DNA of 63,036 bases, filler included, from Basidiobolus ranarum (Eukaryota), in the NCBI GenBank assembly GCA_040143965.1. It is 12 parts of 12 records of this genome, joined end to end, with 100 filler letters (N's around TTAATTAATTAA, not from the genome) between each part and the next. Parts side by side here need not be neighbours in the genome. Positions count along the whole stretch, not along the records: positions 1 to 5,173 come from JASJQH010001684.1; positions 5,274 to 10,445 come from JASJQH010001685.1; positions 10,546 to 15,716 come from JASJQH010001686.1; 9 more parts are not named here. One strand, written 5' to 3'. The first letter of the stretch is position 1, and each line of letters starts with the position of its first letter. The notes beneath the pieces were generated by a model, which saw nothing but the letters and a program-made list of their open reading frames with translations, was not told the origin of the DNA and searched no databases. A program made the position numbers and the translations under genes. This document shows positions 1 to 11,270 of this stretch, in pieces.

Positions 1-1879
1 TTGCACATGAATGGCACAAATCTCAGATTCGAGTATAGCGCAAGTAACAACTCAACTATCGATCACGCTGGTGGTGAGGTGATTTGGAGATAGTAGACAA
101 GGATCTGGACAATGGCGTGCGATTGGCCCACCCATTACCGCTGTAGAGAGATCAGGGGAAGTGATGCGGCGATGTTTCTTCAGGCGCGGTTACTGTTTCA
201 ACAAAATAAAGCGAAGGTCGAACGGTAGCAATAAGACCGATGAGGGAGTTTTCTACCGGGCACTTTGCCCTAAGAGGAGGTCGACGGTATTCCAGGGAAT
301 ATCCTACATTTAGTGGAGAAAGAATCTTCAGAGAGTAAGTCACGAACAACCATCAGTGTCACTGATCTGTCCCACATGCCTAGCAAAAAAACGGCAGAAT
401 TTGAAACAGCTGGCGGTAGATCGTGCAGATTAGGCCGTGATGGAAGGGATGGCTAGGGTGCTCCCATAGGTGAAGGCCAGCTGAATCCATCCGACAAGGA
501 TTGGATCCAAACTGACTGGATCCTATCCCAATTCAACTCCGACCTGAATCTTCGAAGGAGAAATAGTCTAGATAAGGAGAACGGGGCCATATTCAGCTGA
601 TTGAATCTGCTCCAAAACCAGCCATATTCCACCATGACTGAATCTCGATCATCCGCCAACGGTGAGAGTCTCTCTCAAGAGCATGCCATTCGATGATAGT
701 GGCTAGACTCAGACACTTCACCTTCGAGCTTAAACACTCTATCTGGCAGAAGGTGAGACAGCGTGTGAAGAATCAGCGAGACTTGGTGACAAGCAGGGCG
801 ACTGAATCATTTCCGTGCCCTCACGAACGTACATAGATCTTCGCTGGGTGTTATTTCAATCTGTTCAGCGAGTCGAGCGGAAAAGGCAATTTTCAAACAA
901 ATCGCTACAATTGCATCCAAGATGGATTATCTCCATCCAAGCGGATCCAGCCAGTCTAGTCTGGACATATCTTTGCGCCGTCACCTGATGGAAGCGCATC
1001 GTGTGCTGATGACGTACTGCCACTGACCATGATATTACCATTTCGGTGTTTTTCATGGTAGAATTCGCCCGAGCCGGGGTACTTTGGTCTGATTGCTGAG
1101 TGGTTTGAAGTGTTGGAGATATTGCGATTGGCCTGGTGGGTAGAAACCCATCCCTTAGAGACTCCATTTGGTACTTTGAAAAGATACATTGGCCCACCTT
1201 CCGTAAGAAGTCTTAGCAGCCTTTATCACACTCGATCCGTTACCATATGTTCTGAGCAGTTGCCAATTACGGCCTCTTTTACCGCCATTCGGTACTTTGA
1301 GTACTATCCAGGTCATAAGAACCACAGGGTGAGCCAAGCTGGTTGACCTCACCCGCACAGGAGTAGATTCGCCATATACGATTAAGAAAAATCCAGGCTA
1401 AAAATAAGCTGAGCTCGTGAATGAGTGTTTTGATTCGAAGTTGCTTTAACAGGATAGTATTGATTTTTAATTGCTACTCAGTCCCAGAGGTTATAGCAGA
1501 AAATCAAAATCAGAGCCTAAAAATAAGGCCAAATTGATTCAATTTGGTGCGAAACCTCCAGCTAAGAGTGACGTTGAATCTTGTCTGGTACGCCATAAAA
1601 GATTTAAAAAGCACCCTGCTGCTGGAAATCCTAATCTACTTCCGTTTGGATAATTCCTCAAAGCTTGACTATTTCTTCAAGGATTCTTCATCCCCGTCGA
1701 CTAACATTGTTTCGTAATACTTATTGTTTCTACTTTCCCGCTTGCTCCCCTTGCTGAGACGTTATACCCGAGTCTTCTCCAACCTGCGGAGACTCGCATA
1801 TACCCTCTTATAACCTTAGCTAGATACTTTCACATAATACCCTAAGCAAAGAATACCTTGTCTCGTATATAAATTCAGT

Positions 1880-3193
1880 ATGATCAAAACTGAGGACTAT
1901 TTGGTTGATGATCTCAGCATAGACCCAGAATCCCCTATTACCACCGAGAGTAGTAGAGAGGTAAAACGAAGAAATAGGTTGAACCCTCGTCAGGTCAATC
2001 GATTGATGCAAGTATTCGAACAAACAGCTAAGCCAAAGGCAGATATTCGTCACAAGCTGGCGGAGGAGCTTACAATGCATCCGCGTGCTGTACAAATTTG
2101 GTTTCAAAATAGAAGACAAAAGCTAAAGAAAGAGAGCTCCGAGGCAACCTCGGCTGAGTCCAGATTTCCATTAGATCCAGCCAAGTTGACATTATGTAAC
2201 AGTAAGCAGGTCTATACCAATTCTCACGATGCATACTACGGCCTCTCCTTCAGCAATTTCCCTCAATTAGCCAAGTCGGCAATACCCAACGGTCCTACGC
2301 CCGGATTTCATACTCCCACTAATGCTGCACTTCTGTCAGGTCTCGGCTTAGTGTCTAATCAGGGATCACTACACTCATCCGCAACCCCTTTATCGTTATC
2401 ACATGGTAGGTATCTTCATTTTGTTGTGAATTTAAGTCTAGATTACTGATATTGCAATTTTGTGCTAGACTATCAAGGTACCGAGCAATCTCTAGACTCC
2501 AATGTTAGTGATTCTACTATGGCTTTGCTGCAAGAGTGCGAGTCTCTACCAATTCAGCCAGACATCTCATTCTCCAATATGTTTGACCCCAATGGCTTGG
2601 ATATCATTCTGGAAGATTCACCACCTTCCGGTACAGCTTCTATGTCAGCTGCATCCAGTGAATCCAATTACCCCGAACAAATGGCAGATATGGTTTCAAC
2701 CTTCAACGATAACTCGCCATTCATGTATCCAGGATTGGACTCCTTTGGTTTAGATTTATCCACTCAAATCGGGATGTTGCAAAGACAGCAAAGTTACCCA
2801 CAGAGCTATCCAGCGAAACGCAAAGCCTATTCTTGGCAGGATTTATGCCAGTTTGTTGTTCCTGCGTCGCAAGAACCACAGACAATAGCCGATTCATTTG
2901 ACACGAACATGATGAAAACTCCAAACTTCAAACGGATAGTGTCTGACGTTGGCCACTACGCTAACCAATATTCGCCAATAATTCCCACGGGGTTGAATCG
3001 CAACTACCATAGGCCGACGAACTCACGATCACGTAGTGATCCGTTTGTTGCTGAGTCTTATAGAGAAGCGAAGAGGCGGAAGCATTATGGAAACGAAGAC
3101 GCCAATAATCATTCTTCGGCTCTATTCATGGAGCAAGCAAGTTCCAATTCCAGCACCGCAGGCGGACTCAGTGATATGCTTGCCTACCTGTAA
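1880..3193 (+). CDS. Homeodomain transcription factor (2 exons: 1880-2405, 2469-3193; ~416 aa)
   Basis: Homeodomain KRRNRL...VQIWFQNRRQKLKK. A GTAGGT...CTAG intron at 2406-2468 joins the two ORFs in frame. The C-terminal part is Ser/Pro/acidic. Confidence 0.9.
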
Positions 3194-4818
3194 GTGGTAG
3201 TTTGACATGGACATACTTTAGCCTAGTGCATCTACCTCTACATATTTCTTATTTAAGGCTGTGGTACTTATTCTTGTTGAATTTTTGTTATTTAGCATTT
3301 TGCGTATATATGTTACTATTATTATTTCTTATAACCATACATTAACATTTTTTCTAATGATGATCGCTTATTTGTTTACCACAATATGAATGACACCCCC
3401 GTCTCATCCAAACTAATTGTGATAAATGTCAGTACAACAATTTTGTTTATTTCCCTTGATCAGTGTAGACCCTTGAATACGTTTCAATATATTAAAACCT
3501 ATAAATACCATGTTCTCAATCCAGCGTCGATCAATATGTACATCATCAATAACAGGCGATACGGAGTCATGTTGATAACCTCCATTACTGCCGAGCCCAT
3601 GGTCGGACGCCCTTTGGCAGGCCAATACCATGTTCGACTTCGGGACATTCAGGTATATCACGACATGGGTTCCACAAGATCAAATGGCCAGTAGTTTTCT
3701 CCAAATTTGTCATCACGTTCCAGATAGCCAACGATCTTCCTATTTACTGAAGCAACCAATGCTGGTAGTCATTCGTGGTGGTTATCAGGTTGCATTTCAA
3801 GCATATACTGACAATTCTAGTTTGCAGAGAACAATAGTTGCCCACTCAGTATATATGCACCCATATGAAGATACAAGAGAGTGTGTATGTAGCAAAGATC
3901 TACCTCTTTCCCCAACAGTTTCACTTTCATAATCCCAGATAGAATGTGACAAACTAGATGAGATTTTCCGGAGTGATTGGCCTATTGAATACCGTTTGGA
4001 TGTCTCGATGCAGATATTGAGTAGATTGGATCTTTATTTAACCTCATGACTAAAGGACAGCCTCTAACCGGATACGATTGGCATGCTTAGCTAATCTATG
4101 GAATTGTACCATGCCAAGTAAGAATACAAGCCCCAAGAGATAAATGAGATGAGAAAACCATGCCAGGTCAGAGGTTCTTGGCTTGTCAACAACGTGGATG
4201 GATATTCTAAAGATGAATGAGTCGATCCAATGCTTTTGGCCAAAAGCAACTTGAACTTCTATTGGACAACATACAAAAGAGTGGTCATCGCAGCGAAGCA
4301 GATACACTTGACAAGGAATCGTCGTTAGCATATAATGTACTTCGTTCACAATATGAGGAATTTCGGAATATATTCGAAGTTCAAAATCTCTATTTCAAGA
4401 ACGATATTGGTATGTTGGCAATAGCAAAACGTTCGATGATACAATGATACCAGACGATAGTGTCAGGCAATCTGAAACTCGTAGTATCCTCAGGAATGGT
4501 ACGAAGTATCTGTTCATTTAGTATTCATAATGTACGAGCTTAAGAGTGGCAGCTAGAAGGAAGCGTTGGCATATATATCTTGTGAACTGAAATATGCATA
4601 CTTATAGGAATGCTGTTTGAAGGATTCAACATGGCTTTATTGTATGTTAATTTGAATATTGTTGTTTCGGAGCTAGAGATTCTCTAAAATATGGTATGAT
4701 AATGTGATTCGAACCAACTGCCTTTATAAATAATTTCATCTGTGAATTGTAATATTATGCTGGATGAAGGGTGAACTACAAAAGTATCGATACAGTAGGT
4801 TTTTTATCTGTCTAATCC

Positions 4819-5173
4819 TTACTCTACGATCTCTAAATCGCTCTTGCGATCTTTTGCGTATTTGTCCTTGTGGCGGTCGAAAAGTTCTTGCAGAGCTTGA
4901 ATGTATTCTTTTTGAAGGTTTGCGATCGCTTCTGTAGTGATTTCTTCCGGCTTAAGTTGCTTTACGGGAATAGGCTTTCCGACAACACATACTATGGGAT
5001 GTGATCTAGGTAAGAGCCAGTAATACATGACTGGCGCAAAGTGAATTCTCTTTTGCAGCCATTTCTGAGCCTTGCGCAACCACGGGATTTGGATCTGTGA
5101 GTACAGCTCTGTTTCACCAAATACATAAGTGGGGACTAAGCTGGCTCCGTTGAGCAGTGCAAAACGGAACATG
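4819..5173 (-). CDS. DGA1: Diacylglycerol O-acyltransferase 2 (DAGAT family), 3' part; truncated by contig end
   Basis: RFALLNGASLVPTYVFGETELY and VVGKPIPV...YIQALQELFDRHK are DGAT2 C-terminal motifs. Confidence 0.85.
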
Positions 5174-5273
5174 NNNNNNNNNNNNNNNNNNNNNNNNNNN
5201 NNNNNNNNNNNNNNNNNTTAATTAATTAANNNNNNNNNNNNNNNNNNNNNNNNNNNNNNNNNNNNNNNNNNNN

Positions 5274-5455
5274 CTTTCTCTTCTTACGGTAGTGGGCGCG
5301 TTTAGCACCGGTGTGCGACCTCTTATGACGGGAGTCTCTGCTGATACCTAATCATTTCAATAATATCATCAGTTAAATGATTCTTTAAGCTCCTGATACA
5401 ATGGATGGATTCAATCCATCTACTTTTCTATAAATTAAAATTTTCACCCACCCAT
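5274..5455 (-). CDS. RPS8: 40S ribosomal protein S8 (eS8), 5' part; exon1 5455-5452, intron 5451-5348, exon2 5347-5274
   Basis: Spliced translation MGISRDSRHKRSHTGAKRAHYRKKRK matches the eS8 N-terminus. The GT..AG intron falls after ATGG. Confidence 0.93.
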
Positions 5456-5967
5456 GGTTCCTTTAGTTCCTTGACGCGGTTGGAAACGAAAAGACCGTTG
5501 AAGGAATCACAGTGGTTGGTTTTAATCTAGTGAAATCACGTGATACATCAACGTTCATTCTTCAAATGAAGGGAGCGAAAAAAAAATTCTTTTCAAAAAA
5601 TAAGAATTCAAAATGGGCAATGGGCAAAATGGGGAATATCAAGTAAACTACTCTATTTTGTTTCGCAGTAGAAACTATTTTAAATTTCAGTTCCCCCAGG
5701 ATTAACTATCTGACAGACTTATCAATTCGAGTCCATTAGTTTTCAAACTGTAGTTTGTTGGTGTTTGACCCAAAGCATGTATATGATTTCCAATACATTA
5801 TGAATATCCACACTTAATTTCAAGTAAATATATCCCGAGATGAGAGAAGCATTGGAATCAGCATATATAAACAATCTCTTGAATTATAGATCTCCTGCTG
5901 TTAATGATATAGTATAATGGCCTTGCCTACTGATTTGTACTTTTGGACCAATTCAAAAGATATGCTG

Positions 5968-6023
5968 GAGTCCATAGCCATATCTATACATTATAGAGTC
6001 CATAGCCATATCTATACATTATA
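5968..6023. repeat. Perfect 28-bp tandem duplication
   Basis: GAGTCCATAGCCATATCTATACATTATA occurs twice in tandem. Confidence 0.95.
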
Positions 6024-6389
6024 AAAAGAAAAGAAGGTACCAAAGTCTCCAATTTGGAAGCTACCAATATTCCATACCTATTCAGCTCATATGATAGTTA
6101 TAAGCTGTGATGACTGTTTGTGAAGTTTATTATGATTAATCAACCAACTAACCGGAGAATTTGAGTTAGATAACTGAAACGTGTATCAAATAAGGTATAT
6201 AGAATGGCCAATGATGGATGTTGCTGTGGTAGAATCAGTCTTCTATTATGCATTAGGCATAGATTCTATATTAGAGCGAATGGTTTAAATAACAAGTCAC
6301 CCAGTAGCATTATTACAAGCGTTTGAAGAGTATTCATTAAACTGAATGCTATATAAAGAGATCATATCACAAAAGAAAATCACTATATA

Positions 6390-6782
6390 ATGCATTTCTT
6401 TCTTTCTACACTCACCTGCATGGCTGCATTCCAAATGGGAATTACTCAGGCTCGTTCGCCAAGGAAAGATTTCTTTACTCCAGAGCGTTACCCTGACCTT
6501 ATCATTAAGGCCTATGGAGAAAACGCTATATGTTCTCATGGTAATATCATCCTTTTAGCTAAAACTTCGACACTCTGTCTTCAAGATATGGGATGTTTTA
6601 CCCTGGATAAGGATCGGAAAATCATTCAACAAACACTGGCTGAACTCAAAAGAACAGGTAATGAGGTATGGCCTGTAGCACCTTGGAGTACTAGTCTTTC
6701 GTACAGAGTAGATCCAAGTAATACTAATTTGAAAGATTGGCCTGGTAAGGGTAAAAAGGCCACTTGTAAATACGGTGGATAG
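6390..6782 (+). CDS. Small secreted Cys-containing protein, unknown function (130 aa)
   Basis: Hydrophobic N-terminus ending ITQA, 4 Cys in the mature region, and TATATAAAG about 40 nt upstream. Confidence 0.65.
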   Translation: MHFFLSTLTCMAAFQMGITQARSPRKDFFTPERYPDLIIKAYGENAICSHGNIILLAKTSTLCLQDMGCFTLDKDRKIIQQTLAELKRTGNEVWPVAPWSTSLSYRVDPSNTNLKDWPGKGKKATCKYGG

Positions 6783-6971
6783 GTCTAAATACATGTTGCT
6801 ATAATAAATCATGAGCTTTTTATGATATTCCTAATTTCAAATCCATCAAAGAAGCATGCGTCAGCATTTAGATATTTTGGTAATTAGAGGCTCTTAATGT
6901 TGGTTAATATTTATTTACAAGTGGAGGTATGTAGTATATGGAGGTGGACATTCTTATCTGTTTTCGTTGCC

Positions 6972-7175
6972 TTAATTGACAGTAGAGTGAGTTGGCTCGT
7001 CCACAATTCCATGAGCATTTCCTGTGGGCTTTTGATGAGCGGCAATCTTTTGTTGGTGGGCTTCTACTTGTTTTTGTTCGCCCTTAGCAATCATATCTAT
7101 ATTGCCGATGACCTTTCCGATTCCTTCTTGAATGACACCAGCAGTATTCTTGGCAGTAGTGGAGATCTTGGACAT
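6972..7175 (-). CDS. CsbD-like small stress protein (67 aa)
   Basis: AGVIQEGIGKVIGNIDMIAKGEQKQVEA fits the CsbD pattern G..KE..G...GN......G. TATAAAAG lies upstream on the minus strand. Confidence 0.65.
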   Translation of the reverse strand: MSKISTTAKNTAGVIQEGIGKVIGNIDMIAKGEQKQVEAHQQKIAAHQKPTGNAHGIVDEPTHSTVN

Positions 7176-7629
7176 TAGAGATCAATATGTGTGAGAGAAA
7201 TGGATTTTTGGATTGTGCCTCAGATATCACTTTTATAATCATAGCTGCCTTAATATCTGCCACCACAAAAAATCATTTGATTTACTTGTTATGTAATGAT
7301 TTCGTAGTGATCCTAATCTATTAGGGCCTGAACACCTGTTACTGTTACTAAATACGTGTTGGGTGCTATGGCACGGTGGTGACAAGTATAGCCTAATATG
7401 TAGTTCTAGTTCCTGCTTTGTGCCACTAGTAATGGTGATTGGCAAATATCATTTACTAATACTACATAGTATCGAAACTTTAGCACTCTATTTCGATCAA
7501 TTCAAAACATGAAGGTTAAGTTTATGAGATGCTCTATGCTGATGCACCACATATTGAATCGTATATGTAATGAATACATGACGTGCTTACTATGTTGTCC
7601 TCTTGGCGCTTCATCAATAATGCCATAAT

Positions 7630-8068
7630 ATTGTAGCAGTGAGAATGCTCGTGCCAACATTTTGGAAATATATGAAATCTATTATACTTATTCTCCATAC
7701 GAGTAGAAATGCGCCCATCCATAATGGTTCAGCGCCCCTTTTCAAGGCTAATCTACTTAGTCATATTTGTTATATCCATCTTTATACACCTAGCTGTATT
7801 CTATCTATGTGAATATTTGTTAATCAGACACTGTTCAGAACTGCAGTATTTGTTTAGGATATATGATCATAATTGGTGAAGGTAGAACTTGAAATATGAA
7901 TGTCATCCAAATCAACATTCATTTGTTTTATATATAATCTTGACAAGTATAGGCATATATACTCATTACAAACATTCTTCTGGCAAACTCAGCCTCTTAC
8001 AAGTAGCAAAAGACACCAGCGATTTGGGCATTGTTAATATCCTAATCGAAGCAGGTACTGTTGAATAA
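7630..8068 (+). pseudogene. Possible degenerate ankyrin-repeat gene remnant
   Basis: Fragments HNGSAPLFKANLLSH (~7720) and GKLSLLQVAKDTSDLGIVNILIEAG* (7982-8068) resemble the ankyrin consensus. No continuous ORF. Confidence 0.3.
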
Positions 8069-8253
8069 TAATAATAATAATAATAATTGTTTTCTTAATT
8101 AATTCAGTGAGTTTTCCAAATGATCAATTATACAATTTCTTAACATGTAAATTGCTTATGCATTTTTTGTTATGGCTTACTCATCAATTCACTTCAAGAG
8201 CTGTGTAAATTTCCACTGCCCCATCTTATCCTTTGCTCTTCCATCTCGAGCTT

Positions 8254-8850
8254 TTATGTATCGTTATACTTTCGCTTACGCGAGATTTGTGTTTGTTTAT
8301 CACTCAGACTTTCGGTAATTGTGTTTGGCTCGAGGAGTACACCATTATGTGACACACTCGGTTCCGTGCACAAGTTACGATTAAAACAACATGGTCTTCG
8401 TGAGCCTGCCTTGCGCTTTGAGCAAGCAATTTCGATCCGCTTTTCGCGAGTTCCCGATTCTTTTGCCGCCCGTATCCAACGAACCCATTCCCATTGTGCA
8501 TTGGGTGTAATCTTCATCCAAAGCGTTTCTGCCTCTGGGACTTTCACCAAAGCCTCTTTGAAGTCAGCTGGTGCCTCCGGCTTTGGCCATATTTTAGTCG
8601 GTTTGACTTCTAGTTCGACATTGTCTCCAGCTTTTACCCCTGCCGCTGTACTCATAGTCTCGTCGACCCTGAGCCAATGACCGCCTTTGCCGTCTGGTTC
8701 AAGTGTCGCCTTAAAGACGTAGCTATTGATAATACCGTCTACTGCTGTCAATCCTCGTGATGGGAGTTGATTACTTGCGCTACTTGGAAGTTGGATAATG
8801 GCCCATTCGTTGATAGTGAATAGTTTAGTTTCGAGAAGGATCCTCGACAT
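8254..8850 (-). CDS. DUF1905 + YdeI/OmpD-associated (OmdA) domain protein, bacterial-type
   Basis: LPSRG..V.G.IN...F...LEPDGKGGHWL.V (DUF1905), then P.DF..AL....A..W..ITP.A..EW.RWI..AK...TR.KRI and RRPCCFNR (OmdA). No introns. Confidence 0.85.
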   Translation of the reverse strand: MSRILLETKLFTINEWAIIQLPSSASNQLPSRGLTAVDGIINSYVFKATLEPDGKGGHWLRVDETMSTAAGVKAGDNVELEVKPTKIWPKPEAPADFKEALVKVPEAETLWMKITPNAQWEWVRWIRAAKESGTREKRIEIACSKRKAGSRRPCCFNRNLCTEPSVSHNGVLLEPNTITESLSDKQTQISRKRKYNDT

Positions 8851-9627
8851 ATTCCTGTGTGTATGGTGTTTTTTCTATTCGTTATTTTTTTTAAACGGCA
8901 AGGGAAATTTCCATGTATGGTTTCGTTTATCGGAGATCACTTGTAACTTCAATTATTATTCTCAGAGAATGAGTGCTGGTTTGATAACATCCAATAGTAT
9001 AACTTAGAGCGGCTAATGTTAAAGAATGCACCTTCCACTGGGGTTTAGGGACGAAATAATCATTCAATAAATCATGGTGGCAGATTGAAGTAAATCTTTT
9101 CAGAAAACCTTATTAACAATTAGGGTTAATACGAGGCCATCACTTACGATGACGACAGATGTGTAACATGTTCCAAGTTTAGACAGTTTAGAATTATCGA
9201 ACGAATATTACCGTTTTCCGCAGTTTTACTTATATCATATGCAAACAATGCTTGATTATCTTATCTTGCAACTAATTATTACAACTCTCCCGTGCAATTG
9301 AATACATGAATCTAAAAAAGCAATCCTACAAAGTGTCCCTTCGTTATGAGTCATTTTAAAGGAACTTAATACTGAAAGTTCGAAAACTTTCACTATTTTT
9401 GGACTTCTCTAATGCGAATTATCAATTATCCATCTACTAATTATACTAGCTCCCTTGATCGTTCGTGCGTTTCTTTGGTGCGTTCTTCCATCGTATTAAC
9501 AGCAAAAAATTTCAAGTGAAGGTAAACAAGATGCTATGGTTTCAATAATTTAAGTTACTCGCCACTCATGCACTCCCGTTTAATACTTTGCTTTTCATAT
9601 AAACTAAATATGGATTTTTTTTCGTCA

Positions 9628-10445
9628 TCAACCAAGGAAGCTTTTTCGAAGTTGATCGCGCTTTAGTAGAACTTTCTCGTAGCACTGACGGATCTGATCC
9701 AACGGAATTTTGAGTGGCTCCACCGTGCTTTCCAAAGACGTTCTAAAGCCAATCTCCCAATTGCGCAGTTGCGCAATCTCCCTCCATTCAGATACTTGCT
9801 CTAAAATGTGAATCAAGTCCAGCTCATTATCCACCTTGATAATGGCCTTTTGGGCAGCTTCGCAAGTCAGCAACTTTGATCTTTGATATTCTTGTGTATT
9901 ACAATGCATACGGTGGAAATACTTCCAACTCTTCACTTGAATCTTTTGTACACATCGTTTTTTAGAGTGTCGTATAGCGTCTAGCTGCATTTCCGTACTG
10001 AAACACAAATCTGTGAAACGATTATGAGCAACTAGGAAAGAGTATTTAGTGAGAAATTCTGAAAAGACATAATCACGGACACAAATGTCTGGATGCTCTA
10101 ACAAAGTGATAGTTCCTGGATAAATTGTTGTTGCGACTGGGTAATGATATTGAATGCAACCGCATTTGATAGCCTTATTGACATCCGCCACATTCCTTAT
10201 AACGCAACAGTTGGGTTTGATATGATAACATTGTTCCATAAAAAATATCCCAAAACAGGTGCTTTGATTTTCAACAGCTTCTGCGTTCCATCCAGCAATA
10301 AAAGTCTCTATACGCGTTGGATGCCATAGGTCATCATCATCAGTGAAGGAGATAAAGAATGCAATGTTCCCTGAGGCAGTTTTCTGACGTTGACGAAGTC
10401 GTACCGACAATTCTTGGTACTGGGAAAACTGGTGTTTGACTCTCT
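9628..10445 (-). CDS. Partial protein with a GT-A (glycosyltransferase 2)-like DXD motif
   Basis: Open frame of more than 260 aa to the contig end, with FISFTDDDDLWHPTRI. Confidence 0.5.
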
Positions 10446-10545
10446 NNNNNNNNNNNNNNNNNNNNNNNNNNNNNNNNNNNNNNNNNNNNTTAATTAATTA
10501 ANNNNNNNNNNNNNNNNNNNNNNNNNNNNNNNNNNNNNNNNNNNN

Positions 10546-10739
10546 ATTTGAGAAATTTAGACCTTTATTAGGATTAGTTTATATGACTATTTAGTTGAGG
10601 GAGAGTGTTGAAATTAGCATTGCCTAAACACCTATATAGTCATATATAGCTTAGTATTTAGTTATTCTATATTGAACTAAGATATTATCAATTATTCTCA
10701 ACCAGAATTTACTTAGAATATTGACACCAACTTAGAAGT
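10546..10739 (+). mobile_element. Ty1/copia family A 3' end: RNase H tail, PPT, partial LTR-A from 10606
   Basis: FEKFRPLLGLV, then TTGAGGGAGAG (PPT), then TGTTGAAATTAGCATTG. Matches 48200-48280 in reverse. Confidence 0.85.
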
Positions 10740-11270
10740 ATGCACGATAATGTATGATTCATATGGCACTAGAACTGAAGTGCCAACACAAATAACTCCA
10801 TCCTTACACCTCCACTATAAACACCGGGTTCTCCATATTCCCATATTTTCTTATCAAATCTAATTATAATTCGATACTTTTGATATTGATTTCAGGTACA
10901 ACACCTTTCATGTACCATGTGATCTAGGAAAGTACTCTTCCATGGGCTTATAATTACTGCTTTGGTGGACCATCTAATATACTCTACTACTACTTAGGTA
11001 TCTAACATTTATTGATCTCAAACACGGGTAAATAAAATACCCCAGTTAGGTCTTCTTTAGGGCAAAAATACATGGTGGATATGGTACAAATTGGTTTGGG
11101 GAAGAGAGGGACATGTTGAAGTCTTGAATAAGAATGCCGGCGCAACATGTGCTTCCACCGTAGAATGAAGGGAATTATGAAGATGAAGGAAGATTGGTTG
11201 TCGAAATGATAAGACCATACGGTGATGAGGAAATGATTAGAATACAATTGGTCCCTCCTTGGAAATTCTA

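Noticed and set aside
1164-1300. CCATT(T/C)GGTACTTTGA repeated 121 bp apart (KVPNG in two minus-strand ORFs)
   Set aside because: Only two copies, with no supportable gene or array structure.
3386-4447. Short ORFs, including a YLHRDI kinase-like word on the minus strand
   Set aside because: No other kinase motifs and no consistent splice model.
5174-5273. Regularly spaced N44-TTAATTAATTAA-N44 blocks (also at 10446, 15717, 20986, 26254, 31516, 36776, 42034, 47291, 52542, 57790)
   Set aside because: Artificial six-frame-stop linkers joining size-sorted contigs. They are not biological, and no gene neighbourhood can be inferred across them.
5348-5451. snoRNA in the RPS8 intron
   Set aside because: A small hairpin is present, but there are no correctly ordered C/D or H/ACA boxes on the transcribed strand.
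8064-8086. (AAT)n microsatellite
   Set aside because: Ordinary simple repeat.
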